A DNA stretch of 63,803 bases, counting the filler, from Octopus bimaculoides (lineage: Eukaryota), in the NCBI RefSeq assembly GCF_001194135.2. It is 5 parts of 5 records of this genome, joined end to end, with 100 filler letters (N's around TTAATTAATTAA, not from the genome) between each part and the next. Parts side by side here need not be neighbours in the genome. Positions count along the whole stretch, not along the records: positions 22,433 to 48,480 come from NC_068982.1; positions 48,581 to 55,874 come from NC_068998.1; 3 more parts are not named here. One strand, 5' to 3'. Position numbers and translations under genes: made by a program. The notes under the pieces were generated by a model, which did not search any database, was not told where the DNA came from, and saw only the letters and a list, made by a program, of their open reading frames with translations. This document shows positions 36,887 to 49,429 of this stretch, piece by piece (positions within the stretch are counted from its first letter, which is position 1; each line of letters opens with the position of its first letter).

Positions 36887-38248
36887 CTGTGAAAGTGCAT
36901 TGGCCCCGGATCTGCATTTAAGAAATGGGATATTTTACAAAAAATAAAAAAAAATGAAAATGCGATTTTTGAAAATTTTAATATTTTTAGAATCGGACCC
37001 TCCATAACCAAAAACGTGGGATTCCGTAAAAAAAACAAAAAAAAAAAAAGATATATCCATTTTACTCGAAGTTATGACGGAAAAATCTGATCTTGCGAAT
37101 TTTCCGAAAGTCCCCCCCCCCCGGGTCGTCAGAGCGCATTTTTTTTTTCATATTCGTTTTCCACACACTTGTTAACACCTTCCAAGCTGGTTAATTTTTC
37201 TTTTGTTCCCGGGTGAAGGTCTTTATATTGACCATTAGTTTCGGCCTACTACGTTCTAGGTTTAACTTCTATTCGATTTGGTAAAAGAAATATATGTCAT
37301 GTGCCAGGGTCAATAAAATCGCAATAGCAGTTTTCCCATTCAAATTCATGGAACGTATCTCTGTGTGAAATCGTTCTTTGATCATATGAAATAATTACTA
37401 CCGAGGAAATTAATCAAGATATTAGAAAACTTGCATCACTTTGACAAGTTGCATTTTATTTATATTTTAGTTTGCCCGCAGTGAAAATGTAAACCACGAA
37501 AGAAATATTGAACACAATACATATTTAATGATTGTCTACGTGATGATATTATCATCCATATAGGGATCATACAATAAATAGACAGATAAATGCATAAATA
37601 AATAAACACGAACTAAAGAAAGGAAAAAAAAAACTTGAAAAAGTAAGCGAGGAAAAAACTTGAAAAAAGTAAGCGAGGAAATTATTTCCAGAGATAAAAA
37701 TGATAGCAGGTAATAAAGTCATTTATGCCTTTTTTCCTGCTGTCTCTTTATGAATTCCTTCAAAGAAACATCGTATACTTTTTAAATAACATTTGTAGAA
37801 CATTTCTCTTCTAATAGTTCTGAAATAACGTATTCAAACGGTTATCCTTAATGGCTTTCTGTAAATAGTTCTGTTCAGATATTTAAATAGAGAACAGTGA
37901 TTAAGGCAAGAAGGGATTTGTAAATGACGCAACACTTCATTAACATTTGTCTAATTGAATATCAATTTTGGAAAGTGAAGATATCATATACAATACACAG
38001 ATCTTAACACAGCGTATTCAACTGTTCATTCAAACGAGCGATTTGAGAGAGAGGAAACTTAGGGACTTAAACATCGAACAAAACTTAAATACATCTTTTA
38101 AAATTGGATTAATTGAAAGAAATTACTGACAACAGAAAACTATCAAGGAGCTTAGTAAAGAGAGAAGGTGAAAGAATCTCATTCTTTACCATTCAACCTT
38201 TCTTCATCGATGTATTTTATAGATATTCAAAAGCTGTATAAACATACA

Positions 38249-38298
<50 letters not shown>

Positions 38299-38599
38299 NN
38301 NNNNNNNNNNNNNNNNNNNNNNNNNNNNNNNNNNNNNATATACACACATGTACATATACACAGTAGATAAATGATAGAAAATGGAATGACTGAAATTTTT
38401 TAATTAAAAATCGCTACAATTTTTTCGAGACATTTTGACTCCTGTAGTACATTGGTGAGATGTGAAATCATTATCAATCATCCAACGTGCAAAATGTACC
38501 TCCGCGTGATTGTTTAAATAAGTTCTTTGTTAGATCCTACTGTCATTTCACTCAATGTGTGAGCATGCATACACAGGCGCGCGCGCACACACACACACA

Positions 38600-38980
38600 C
38601 ATATGTATGTATTCTCATGCATATAGTTACATATCTACACAAGCTCATATATATACAAATAATAAACTTCTGGAAAGTTTTACAGATTTTTACAGTTCCA
38701 GTGATGGATTGGATCTGTAGACTTCGAATTAGCTTTCTCCCTTCTGGTTTTGAGAAACTTTTCTCAACATTGGTATCTAGGCAGTGTGTCACATATCCCA
38801 GGGCCCAATAATTACAAGCATAAGTTTGAACTTGTAATCTGGATAGAGTAACTGCAGATTTCTCAATAGTTCAGCTTATGTGTTCTCTTTTTCACTGATC
38901 TTCAGTTTTATGTTAACATCCGTTGGGCAGCTAATTTCTACAACTGTGGACAGTTTCTCTTCTCTATCCCAAATCATTAT
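38600..38980 (-). mobile_element. RLE-type (R4/Dong-like) non-LTR retrotransposon 3' end
   Basis: IWDREEKLSTVVEISCPTDVNIKLKISEKENT*AELLRNLQLLYPDYKF...VIIG/LGYVTHCL...LQIQSITGTVKICKTF: restriction-like endonuclease C-terminus with a stop and a frameshift. Confidence 0.75.
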
Positions 38981-39003
38981 AAGTATGTATGTATGTATGT
39001 ATG

Positions 39004-39034
<31 letters not shown>

Positions 39035-39062
39035 GTACGTACGTACGCATGTATGTGAAGAA

Positions 39063-39183
39063 ATTTCAGTCTCCGTCTACCAAATCCAATCATAAGGTTT
39101 GGTTGCCTAATGCTACAACAGAAGATACATTCGCAAGGTGCCACACAGTGGGACTGAACCCGGACCATATGGTTGCCAGCCGA
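39063..39183 (-). mobile_element. SINE family B 5' head, degraded
   Basis: tttcagtctccgtctaccaaatcc...ggtgccacacagtgggactgaacccggaccatatggtt. Confidence 0.8.
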
Positions 39184-39226
39184 ACAGAAAATATCCCGTA
39201 TAGTCATATATACGTAGGCGCAGGAG

Positions 39227-39722
39227 TGGGTGTGTGGTAAGAAGCTTGCTTCTCAGCCATATGGTTCCGGGTTCAGTCCCACTGCGTGACACATTGGGCA
39301 AGTGTCTTCTACTATAGCCTCAGGCCTACCAAGGCCTTGTGAGTGGATTTGGTAGACGGAAACTGAAAGAAGCTCGTCGTATATATATATATATATNNNN
39401 NNNNNNNNNNNNNNNNNNNNNNNNNNNNNNNNNNNNNNNNNNNNNNNNNNNNNNNNNNNNNNNNNNNNNNNNNNTGTGTGTGTGTGTGTGTGAGAGAGTG
39501 TGTGTATATCTACACATATATATATATATGTATGTATATTTGTGTGTGTGTCTGTGTTTGTCCCACAACTATCGCTTGACAACCGATGTTAGTGTGTTTA
39601 GGTCCCCGTAACATAGCGGTTCGGCAAAAGAGGCCGATAGAATAAGTACAAAGAGTTAGTCCTTTGACTAAAGGTGGTGCTCCAGCATGGCCGCACTCAA
39701 ATGACTTAAACAAATAAAAGAA
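39227..39722 (+). mobile_element. SINE family B, full length (internal gap)
   Basis: Reverse complement of the 15452-15860 pattern. Confidence 0.9.
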
Positions 39723-39774
39723 TACATGCATATATACATATATCTGTGTATGTATGTGTCTACATGCATGTATG

Positions 39775-39806
<32 letters not shown>

Positions 39807-39849
39807 AGAGAGTGTGTGTATATCTACACATATATATATATATGTATAC

Positions 39850-40160
39850 TGGAGGCACGTGACTAAGTGGTTAGAGCATTCAACTCATGATCGTAAGGTC
39901 GTGAGTTCAATTCCTCGTGGTGCGCTGTGTCCTTGAGCAAAACATTTTATTTCACGTTGCACCAGTCCACCCAACTGGCAAAAATGAGTTGTACCTGTAA
40001 TCCAAAGCGCCGACCTTGTCACCTCCTGTGTCACTGAGAACTATGTTAAGGGTACACGTGTTTGTGGAGTGGTCGGCTACCTGCACGTTAATTTCACAAG
40101 CAGGCGGTTCCGTTGATTAGATCAACTGGAACGCTCGTCAACATAACTGATGGAGTGCCA
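39850..40160 (+). mobile_element. SINE family C variant (long tail)
   Basis: A box gactaagtggttag, B box gagttcaattcc, CORE/Meta-like domain, tail shared with 31862. Confidence 0.85.
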
Positions 40161-40202
40161 TCTATATATATAGACACACATATATATATATATATATATA
40201 TC

Positions 40203-40402
40203 ATCATTATCATCGTCGTTTAACGCCCGATTTTCATGCTGGCATGGGTTGGACGGTTTGGCTGAGGGCTAGCAACCCAGGAGGCTGCACCAGGATCCTG
40301 GCAAGGTTTCTACAGATGGATTCCTTTCCTAACGCCAACCACTCCGAGAGTGTAGTGGTGCTTTTTACGTGCCACCAGTCAGGCGGTAGTGACATCGGCT
40401 AC
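40203..40402 (-). mobile_element. Retroposon 3' end with RTE-type tail and (GAT)n terminus
   Basis: Minus strand ...ccaacccatgccagcatgaaaatcgggcgttaaacgacgatgataatgatga. Confidence 0.6.
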
Positions 40403-41469
40403 AGAGAGAGAGAGGGGGGAGGAAAGAGAGGGGAAGAGGGGATTGTATGTAAATTACCTTTGCAATTTGAAACATAATTATAACTCACCAGACTCTGGAC
40501 AAAGTTTTATAGGAAAACACAGAACAATCCAACTGATTTTCATTGGCTGCCCACAGCACATCCAGACGATACAATAAAATATATTGTGGAAAATGTAACG
40601 ATAATTTACGAGCACTCAGTGTCTGTATATATATATATATACACACATACACACATATGTATATATATATATATATATGTGTATGTATGTATATATGTAT
40701 GCATGTAAGTATGTTTGTGTGTGTCTGTATGAATATTTATGTCTGTGCGTGCGTGTTTGGTTACGTGGTTACACTGGTGTAAATTGGTTTGTTGGATCAC
40801 GGCCCATTACGCTAAAAAGGTCATGCTTCAGCATTCCACGGAGTTCGATAAGTATGTACTGGACTATAAAGTAATGGAGTCGGCATGTTCGCTTTGAAGT
40901 CAGTGCTCCAGCATGACCACAGTTCAATGACAAACCAACAAAAGAATAAAAGAACTATTGTCTCCTTTGCTTTGAATTATAATCAATAAAACAAAATCTT
41001 TCCATTAAAGAAATTTCTACTTTTTCCATTCTTGGAGTAATTGTATATATAATAGCTTTGCTACGTGACAACTCGTATATTCACCGCGACATATTTAATT
41101 AAGATGGAGCCAGTGCATCTTCTCTGGTGAAATAGTGATTCCGCCCAGACACACATTTACTCATCAAAACACACACACACACACACGCACGCACTTAAAC
41201 ATGTTCACGCATGGATATATGTATTTACTTATAAATGTATATATACATATATACTGTCATAGTTAGAATTTCTTTCAGCAATATCATTTATGTAGTATTA
41301 CTTTAAATTAGCTGTTAGTAAATATCATACAAAGCAGCGTTCGAATTATCTTGTGATGTTTCCAACTGTTTGTTTTATCACATTTTATGTATTATAAATT
41401 AAAAAAAAAAGGGGAAAAAGCTATGTTCAGTTTGAATATATATATATATATAAAAGACTCAATAAAGAT

Positions 41470-41880
41470 CTAAGGAATAATGTTACGATCGAGAAGGTGA
41501 ATGACAATGACCTTTTCGTGTGCACAGTTTGTGACAGACCATGCCTTTCTTTTGCTGGGCTCAAATCTCATTTGCGAACTCATGGAAAACGAGCCTCCAC
41601 CAACTATTTTTCCTATATGTCTATATGTCAATGCACACCTTTCAGTGCAATGTATGCCAGAAGGTTTGCAAATCAAACGGAGGATCAAAAGACATTTTAA
41701 GATCCACAAGATCAGAACTTATCTGCCGCTCCTGGTGGTCCAAATCGGATATGCAATCTATGTGGGTATCTTTTCAGAACATTGTCTGGTTTAAAAAGCC
41801 ACATCACATGCCATGATGGTTCTAAGGTGTAGGTACAGGAGGTGGTTAAACTCTGCATAAGGAGTAGACAATCACCATAT
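41470..41880 (+). mobile_element. Decayed triple C2H2 zinc-finger segment, probably a LINE 3' end (alternatively a ZNF pseudogene)
   Basis: FVCTVCDRPCLSFAGLKSHLRTH; FQCNVCQKVCKSNGG/IKRHFKIH (frameshifted); ICNLCGYLFRTLSGLKSHITCH; ends at a (TA)n tail. Confidence 0.6.
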
Positions 41881-41891
41881 CTATATATATA

Positions 41892-42125
41892 TTAGTATTA
41901 TAACCCGATTTCATTCGGGTCTACTCGGGCCACATTTTAAAGATGAGGAATTTTGCCCTAGAGGCCACGCCTTTCAACTGAGCAAACTCAAAGTTGCCAT
42001 GCAAAGTCCCCGGCATTTTTAACATAGGTGCGCAAATTTTCAGGTCAATCCGACCACATTTACTAACACTTTTGCCTGCACAACTGCTTGTGAGACAACG
42101 TCCACCCATTTTACAAATATATAGA
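41892..42125 (-). mobile_element. Non-autonomous Helitron, 234 bp
   Basis: Minus strand A|TC 5' end (42125), 3' hairpin acccga-atgaaa-tcgggt then CTAA|T; internal ggattgacctgaaaatttg motif. Confidence 0.75.
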
Positions 42126-42506
42126 TGTGTGTGTGTGTATTTACAGGAAGAACTGTGGTGAGCAGAAGAACTTAGAGGGTTGTATTTCTAGGAAGAAAAT
42201 ATGGGGGTTATACTTCGTGAGAAATCTGTTAGGAAGTCAGAGTGACACTCGTATTTTATCTTACCATTCTGACGACTATAGAATCTTTTTTCCACTCTAT
42301 CGATTAATCCTTATCGACTTCAATTCCTTGCAAGGTCACTTTATCATTCCTTCATCCACCTTCTTCCCAGATTTTGTTTCCAACGTGTACATCTATCTTA
42401 TTATATTTATGACATGTTTTCTTCCTCTACAATTTATTCTCTTTATTACGGAGATGTACTTGCATAGCAAGTGACCTGATCTGAAATCGTGTACTGGAAC
42501 TAAAAC

Positions 42507-42748
42507 AATTGCAGCATGGAAGGTGTTTATAAGCCATTTAAGAAACACACAAAAACCGTTAGCTTCACTTCAACATTTAAATTTAATTTGCCAAAATATT
42601 TTCGTCGCTTTGAGACCGCGACCTGTTCACTGACAAAATTCCGTGCAGCACGGACATATTTTGGCAAATTAAATTTAAATGTTGAAGTGAATCTAACGGT
42701 TTTTGTGCGTTTCCTAAATGGCTTATAAACACCTTCCACGCTGCAATT
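42507..42748. repeat. Long inverted repeat/foldback (93-bp arms, 56-bp spacer)
   Basis: 42507-42599 is the near-perfect reverse complement of 42656-42748. Confidence 0.92.
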
Positions 42749-44254
42749 TATTCTCTGCTTTCTGACTATTCTTGGAACCTTTTTCACAATGAATTCTCAT
42801 CCAACATTTGCATCCTTATTCTCTTCCCTCTTTTATTTTCTACCCATCAACGTCTACTTCCAACATTACTCAAACGACCTTATGCTGGATCCTTCCTTTC
42901 ACCTGAGCTCAACCACTCCGGATTGCGTATAAGAGTGCTGGAATATCTTCTTCGCTACTAAGAGCAGATTCATGTCAACGAGTAATGACCAACTTAATGT
43001 CGCCCGTAGAAGGAATACAACAATGAACATTGCGCACCAATGTCCGATTTCTGTACGACGGGGAACCTTACGGCAGAGACTCGTCTTTCATGTATTCCAG
43101 GAGACCACCATTTGTGTCCTCCTACAGTTCCTATCATGCACTGTTAACAATGTCCGGCAAAGAGATGACTCCCCATAAATAAGACCCGTAGTGCACCACA
43201 GAATATCACAGACGTATGTGCGTAAAGAATGCAAATGTAAGCGAATGAGGAAATATGACAATAAGTCTTTGAATGAGATGTGACTTGAAGCAAATTCAGA
43301 AATAAATAACAGGCAATACGTTGAGTTAAAACCCACTAGATTGAGAAATTGTGAAAAATCAACCCGCTAGACTCGAGTTACGTGCTTTCTATAGGCAAAC
43401 GTTCCATCATAGATTATAATATAGTATAGTTTTAGTAGCTAATACTAAGTACGTATAGTTATATTATTAGGTCGGAATTCACCCTTACAAGAAAAACAGC
43501 ATAAACATTATAATCAATATCATCGTATTAGTGTAAATATTTACTGATCCTGAGGATATGCGATAAAAATTGACTGTAATCGATTTTGTAGATGTAAGAG
43601 AGTGATGTCAAACGCTTTATGTCATAGGAATACATTTGGGTCTGTATTTATGAGTATAAATGTATAAATGAATAAAAGAAGATAGTTGTTCGTAGTTCAT
43701 GAAAGCTTACGAGCAGCAGAGAATTATACGGAGAAAATATTCAAATGTTTAATCTTTTGAGCGAGCGACCCAAGTGTTTTAATCTTTTTGTTCGGTTAAT
43801 ATTTGCAGTAGAAACGTGCTAATAAGCTGGAGGAGTGGATAATTAACAAATTGATGTACAATATCTGCAATAAACTTCAAACCACAGCAGCGATTTCTGA
43901 TAAACTGTGGAAAATTAAAAAGGCTAACAGGAAGTCATATACTGCCAGTTTTTCAGTCCTTTATATTATTTTCCGCTGTATATTCATTACTCCGATATAG
44001 AGGGAAATCACTGTAAATAGATTTCCGATCAAAATATTTCCTATCATGTTTATCGATTGTAAGATTATTAAAATATTTCTGTGATAGCATAAATTGTTGA
44101 TCACGAATATATCCTCATCATTACCACTACCACCACCACCACCACCNNNNNNNNNNNNNNNNNNNNNNNNNNNNNNNNNNNNNNNNNNNNNNNNNNNNNN
44201 NNNNNNNNNNNNNNNNNNNNNNNNNNNNNNNNNNNNNNNNNNNNNNNNNNNNNN

Positions 44255-44600
44255 CACCACCACCGACCACAACTACCACCACCACCACCACTGCGATCAT
44301 CATCATCATCATCGTCATCGTCGTCGTCGTCACCATAATCATGATGATGATGATGAACGTCTTGTTTTATACGAATAACAAAACAAATAGCAAAAATTAT
44401 GATTGCGATGAAGATATCAATAACAATATTCTGTCCTATCATCTTCACCATGCTAGTAATGGTACTGATGATAATAACGATGATGATGATGATGATGATG
44501 ATGACGACGACGACGACGATGATGATATGATGATGAGGGTGATGAGGGTGATGAGGGTGATAGCAATAGTGACAATATTGATGATGGCAATAATAATGAA
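44255..44600. repeat. (CAC/CAT/GAT)n trinucleotide tracts
   Basis: Direct reading. Confidence 0.9.
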
Positions 44601-46497
44601 GATGATAATTACTTATGGTGGGTAAGTTGGTGCTTCAAAACGAAATTAACACAAAGACAAACAACCTTCAGTTATAATGTCACACAAAAACTAGCATCAT
44701 TCAACAGTATTTCTCTTAAATTTGATTGAGAAACATGGAGAGAATCACGCACACACAAAAAGTAATAACCGAACCAGAATGCTGTTAATAACCTGATTCA
44801 TAATAAATAAAGTTTGAATATCTAAACGGCAAACACTATCTAATAAACCTATTTATTTCTTTTCACGTCTCCATTAATTTTAGCATGAGTTTCTAATTTC
44901 AAAATAATTAAGTTTTTATTTATTTGTCCTGTCAAGTATGTTTTCAGATTTTGACGTAACTCATTGAATAATGCGTTTCATGTGTTTATTGAAGAATGTA
45001 AAATCGTTACATAACAATGAACTAAAAAATAAACATTACATTCATTTTAAGATTTAAATGTTTGAATATGAAATAATTTTTTACAAATAATATTTGTAAT
45101 GCAACAAAATATTTTACAAATGATAATTTTAATTTAACGAAACTTATTTTTTACAAATAATAATAATATTTTTAATGCAACAAAATTTATGTTGTGTAAA
45201 TAATGTTTTATTACAAAAGAACTTAGACACAACAACTTTTTATTCAATTTCCATTTCTTTTCATGAATATTGTGAACCAATAAAATTATTCCTTCATGCG
45301 TTGATCCCTTTCTGTCAAAGCTTTTCCTATAATCACTAGCTTGCGTTGTACAATGCGTATTAATCTAACTAGTGTCTTTGGAATACCTGCAAAGTTTAAT
45401 TTCTTCATTGAAGAGAACATGCATATCTAATCTTTAGTCCCTTCAAGCTTGCGAGAAATAACAGCCAAATCTCTACCGGAAGACATCTTACAGTATTAAA
45501 AAAAAGGACACGATGAATAATGCGCATAAACTTGTATGCCATGTGCTTAGGAAAAAAAAACAGTGAGATGACAATTGTAATGTATTTGATCAGAGATCTG
45601 CTTCATAAGAGCTGACCTGCGACTAAACAATCGATCTTGATTCATGATTTCCATTGTAAACAATAATGCTTAAAACTATTGCAATATTTCATTTGTCTTT
45701 AGTAGTATTACAGTAAAGTAGGCTGGCAGATTAAATGCGTTGCTGAATATAGGCGAACAAGTCATTGTGTCTTCCTTTTCATCGGAAATATATAATATAT
45801 ACACGAGGCACATACTGGAATTGATATAATCACAAACACTTCTGTTTATCTTATGCCAGTATGATACCCAGTATGGCTTCTATATTATCCTCATGGAAAC
45901 CAAATTTTTGACTGGACTATTACGTTTGAAGTTGTTAGAGGAAAGAATGAATATTTACATCCAGTATATAATACAAATACAATATTCAACATGTCCAGTA
46001 TTTTAAAGACAACAGGATGTTATTTGAGTTGTGAATGTTAAAGGAAATAAAATAAGGCATTTAACATAGTAATAATATATTGTCTTTCAGAAGTTGGACA
46101 CTCATTCCTATCGCATTTTAATCCAAAGTCGTCAATACCCCGAATAATGATTCTTCTGAAACTCACCTGATGCCTAATTTACACGTATTGTAATGATTAA
46201 TTAATAAGCTTCAAATATCGAGTAAAATATAGTTCTTCTCCCGTATATTGTAAGATATGATTAATGTTGTCAAATGTGAATATTTTTAGTAGAGAACTGA
46301 AAATCTGTTCTATCCAATGAATAACTATCGCGAGAATAATAGGTTTTATACTTTATTTTACCATTTGCTTGATCTACCTCAAGATAAAATATAAATAGAC
46401 GTGGACGACAAATCACAAAATTAACGAAAGAGGAGTAGATAGTGAGGATAATATGAAAGAAATATACAGGCAAACAAAGAGGTAGACAGATAAAGAG

Positions 46498-46506
46498 TTA
46501 GTTAGT

Positions 46507-46570
<64 letters not shown>

Positions 46571-46593
46571 CAGACATACAGAGAGATAGATAA

Positions 46594-46645
<52 letters not shown>

Positions 46646-46756
46646 ATAGACAAACAGATAGATAGATAAATAGATAGATATATAGATAGATAGATACAAA
46701 CATACATACATACATACATACATACATACATAAACAGATAGATAGATAGATACATA
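46498..46756. repeat. (GATA)n/(TACA)n tetranucleotide tract
   Basis: Direct reading. Confidence 0.95.
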
Positions 46757-47461
46757 AATGCATNNNNNNNNNNNNNNNNNNNNNNNNNNNNNNNNNNNNN
46801 NNNNNNNNNNNNNNNNNNNNNNNNNNNNNNNNNNNNNNNNNNNNNNNNNNNNNNNNNNNNNNNNNNNNNNNNNNNNNNNNNNNNNNNNNNNNNNNNNNNN
46901 NNNNNNNNNNNNNNNNNNNNNNNNNNNNNNNNNNNNNNNNNNNNNNNNNNNNNNNNNNNNNNNNNNNNNNNNNNNNNNNNNNNNNNNNNNNNNNNNNNNN
47001 NNNNNNNNNNNNNNNNNNNNNNNNNNNNNNNNNNNNNNNNNNNNNNNNNNNNNNNNNNNNNNNNNNNNNNNNNNNNNNNNNNNNNAGGTGCATTATTATA
47101 TGGGATGTTGCAAAAAAAAAAAAAAAAAGACAAGAATGGTTATAGACCCATCTACCAAGACAGCAAATGTCAAGATGAAAATAGAAACTCATAGAACGAC
47201 ATTTCTAGCAATAAAAATCCTGAAACTTAACTCACTGAATGCACCATCCTTGAAGATACTCTGTATGGCTTGTTCTAAAATATAAATCGAGCTGATTGTT
47301 AACAGAGCTGGATTGTTTCGTTTCCTTAACTGTAGGTTATTTAAGTTTGTAAAATCTGGAGTCGAATACCACTTAAATTCGTTCTATTAATCACAGAGTA
47401 TATTAGAAAAAACATAAAGAATGAAAATGCAATATCTCCGATCCATTCATCTTACACACTT

Positions 47462-47677
47462 TCTTTTCTACTCTAGGCACAAAGCATACAATTTTGGGGG
47501 GAGGGGGCCAGTCGATTAGATCGAGCTCGGTACGCAACTGGTACTTAATTTATCGACCCCGGAAACATGAAAGGCAGAGTCGACCTCGGCGGAATTTGAA
47601 CTCAGAACATAAAAACAGACGAAATACTGCTAAGCATTTCGCCCAGCGTGCTAACGTTTCTGCCAGCTCACCGCCTT
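47462..47677 (-). mobile_element. SINE family A, full length, with TSD
   Basis: Colinear with 10129; flanks atcttacacactt / atcttacacgcatt. Confidence 0.9.
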
Positions 47678-48377
47678 TTATCTTACACGCATTACAAATA
47701 GCCTGACACAACCCAACCGCTGTAAAATACACATTTAATCGATCGACTAAAATACCTAAATAAAAGAGGTTTTGGGCCTTAAAAAAAGAAGCATGGCACC
47801 TAAATACACTCTGTCTAATGAAGAATGGTTAAATATGCACTTATCAATGTGCAGCAATTGGCTTGTGCGAGAGGATTGGAAACACGTGTAAGCTCAGGGA
47901 ATCGTTGATAATGCACCTACCTTTTGTCTTATTCTATATATATATATGTGATAAAATGATTCTTTTACAGAATTATCCCATATCTTATACTAAGTAACTT
48001 ATATTAAGTTGCATTATACTAAATACTGACTATTGTACATCCTCGTAGAGTCTTGCTTAATGAATCTACAAGAAAGCACAATAATCTTAAAGCCACATTC
48101 ATGATAGTTTCCGAGGAATAATCATATATAAAGTTATTCAAATATATCTGGTTAAAGTCTAACTCTGTAGCATAAATTTTCATAGAAATATAGAAAATTT
48201 TAATTGTACAAACAGCCACCGATTTTTAACAATGCAGTACTTTACTGTCGGAAGTGTGTACATAACTTGCTTAATTTCCGATAATTTCAGGTTTTCCTGG
48301 CTAGTGACGCCTCTGGCTAGACTTCAATGATGTCAACCAGTTCACAGAATCACAATCATTACAAACTACAGGTATAC

Positions 48378-48435
<58 letters not shown>

Positions 48436-48580
48436 ATATAAGTATATGTATGTATATGTATATACTTATGTGTATGTATANNNNNNNNNNNNNNNNNNNN
48501 NNNNNNNNNNNNNNNNNNNNNNNNTTAATTAATTAANNNNNNNNNNNNNNNNNNNNNNNNNNNNNNNNNNNNNNNNNNNN

Positions 48581-48623
<43 letters not shown>

Positions 48624-49395
48624 TCAGTGAACTAGTTAAAGCCAGTTTAAGTAAAGGTGTTTTTGCTAATAGGTTATAATTACACAAAAACTCGCCAGTA
48701 ACTCTCTCCTTGTGTGCAAACAAATATATGAGATTCCTCTCTATATATCTAAATAAAATGTTCTCTTGCTTCTATTTCTTTTGAATTTCTTCAGATTATC
48801 TCCATCTTTCTTTTCTTTGAGAATCGCAAAAAGTAACCGAAGTAACCGCCCGGATTATCTTATCTTTCTCTAAATTCATAGAAATTTTCAGTTTTCTGCA
48901 TTATTTTGCCGGTTTGATTTTTGCGTTATCATCTAACACACCAATGCTTATCTTATGTTAATTTACTTGTACAAAGTCTACCAATCTGCATTCGAAAATA
49001 GACATACCTTTTTTTAGTATTTATTGATACTAAGTAAACTAATAACAGTCAAGATATACAGGGTAATACAATTAGTTTAAGTGGATAATATGCGCTAAGA
49101 GTGGGAACAGAGTCCTAAGTGTGGACAGTGTTCCATAAGTGAAGGAGTGTGTTTAATGATGGCTGAATTAGATAGGATTTATTGCTAGCGAGATGGAAAG
49201 AAAATGCATTGTCGCGTGAGGGACAATGTTTAAGCTTCGATGAATAATAGATGACTGGCGTATACATTCGGATAAATAGTAACACATACTCACATACATA
49301 CATACATACACAAACATATATATATATGTGTGTGTGTGTGTGTGGGTGTGGGTGTGTGTGTGTAGTCACACATAGTATGTGTTTGTATTGTGTAT

Positions 49396-49429
<34 letters not shown>

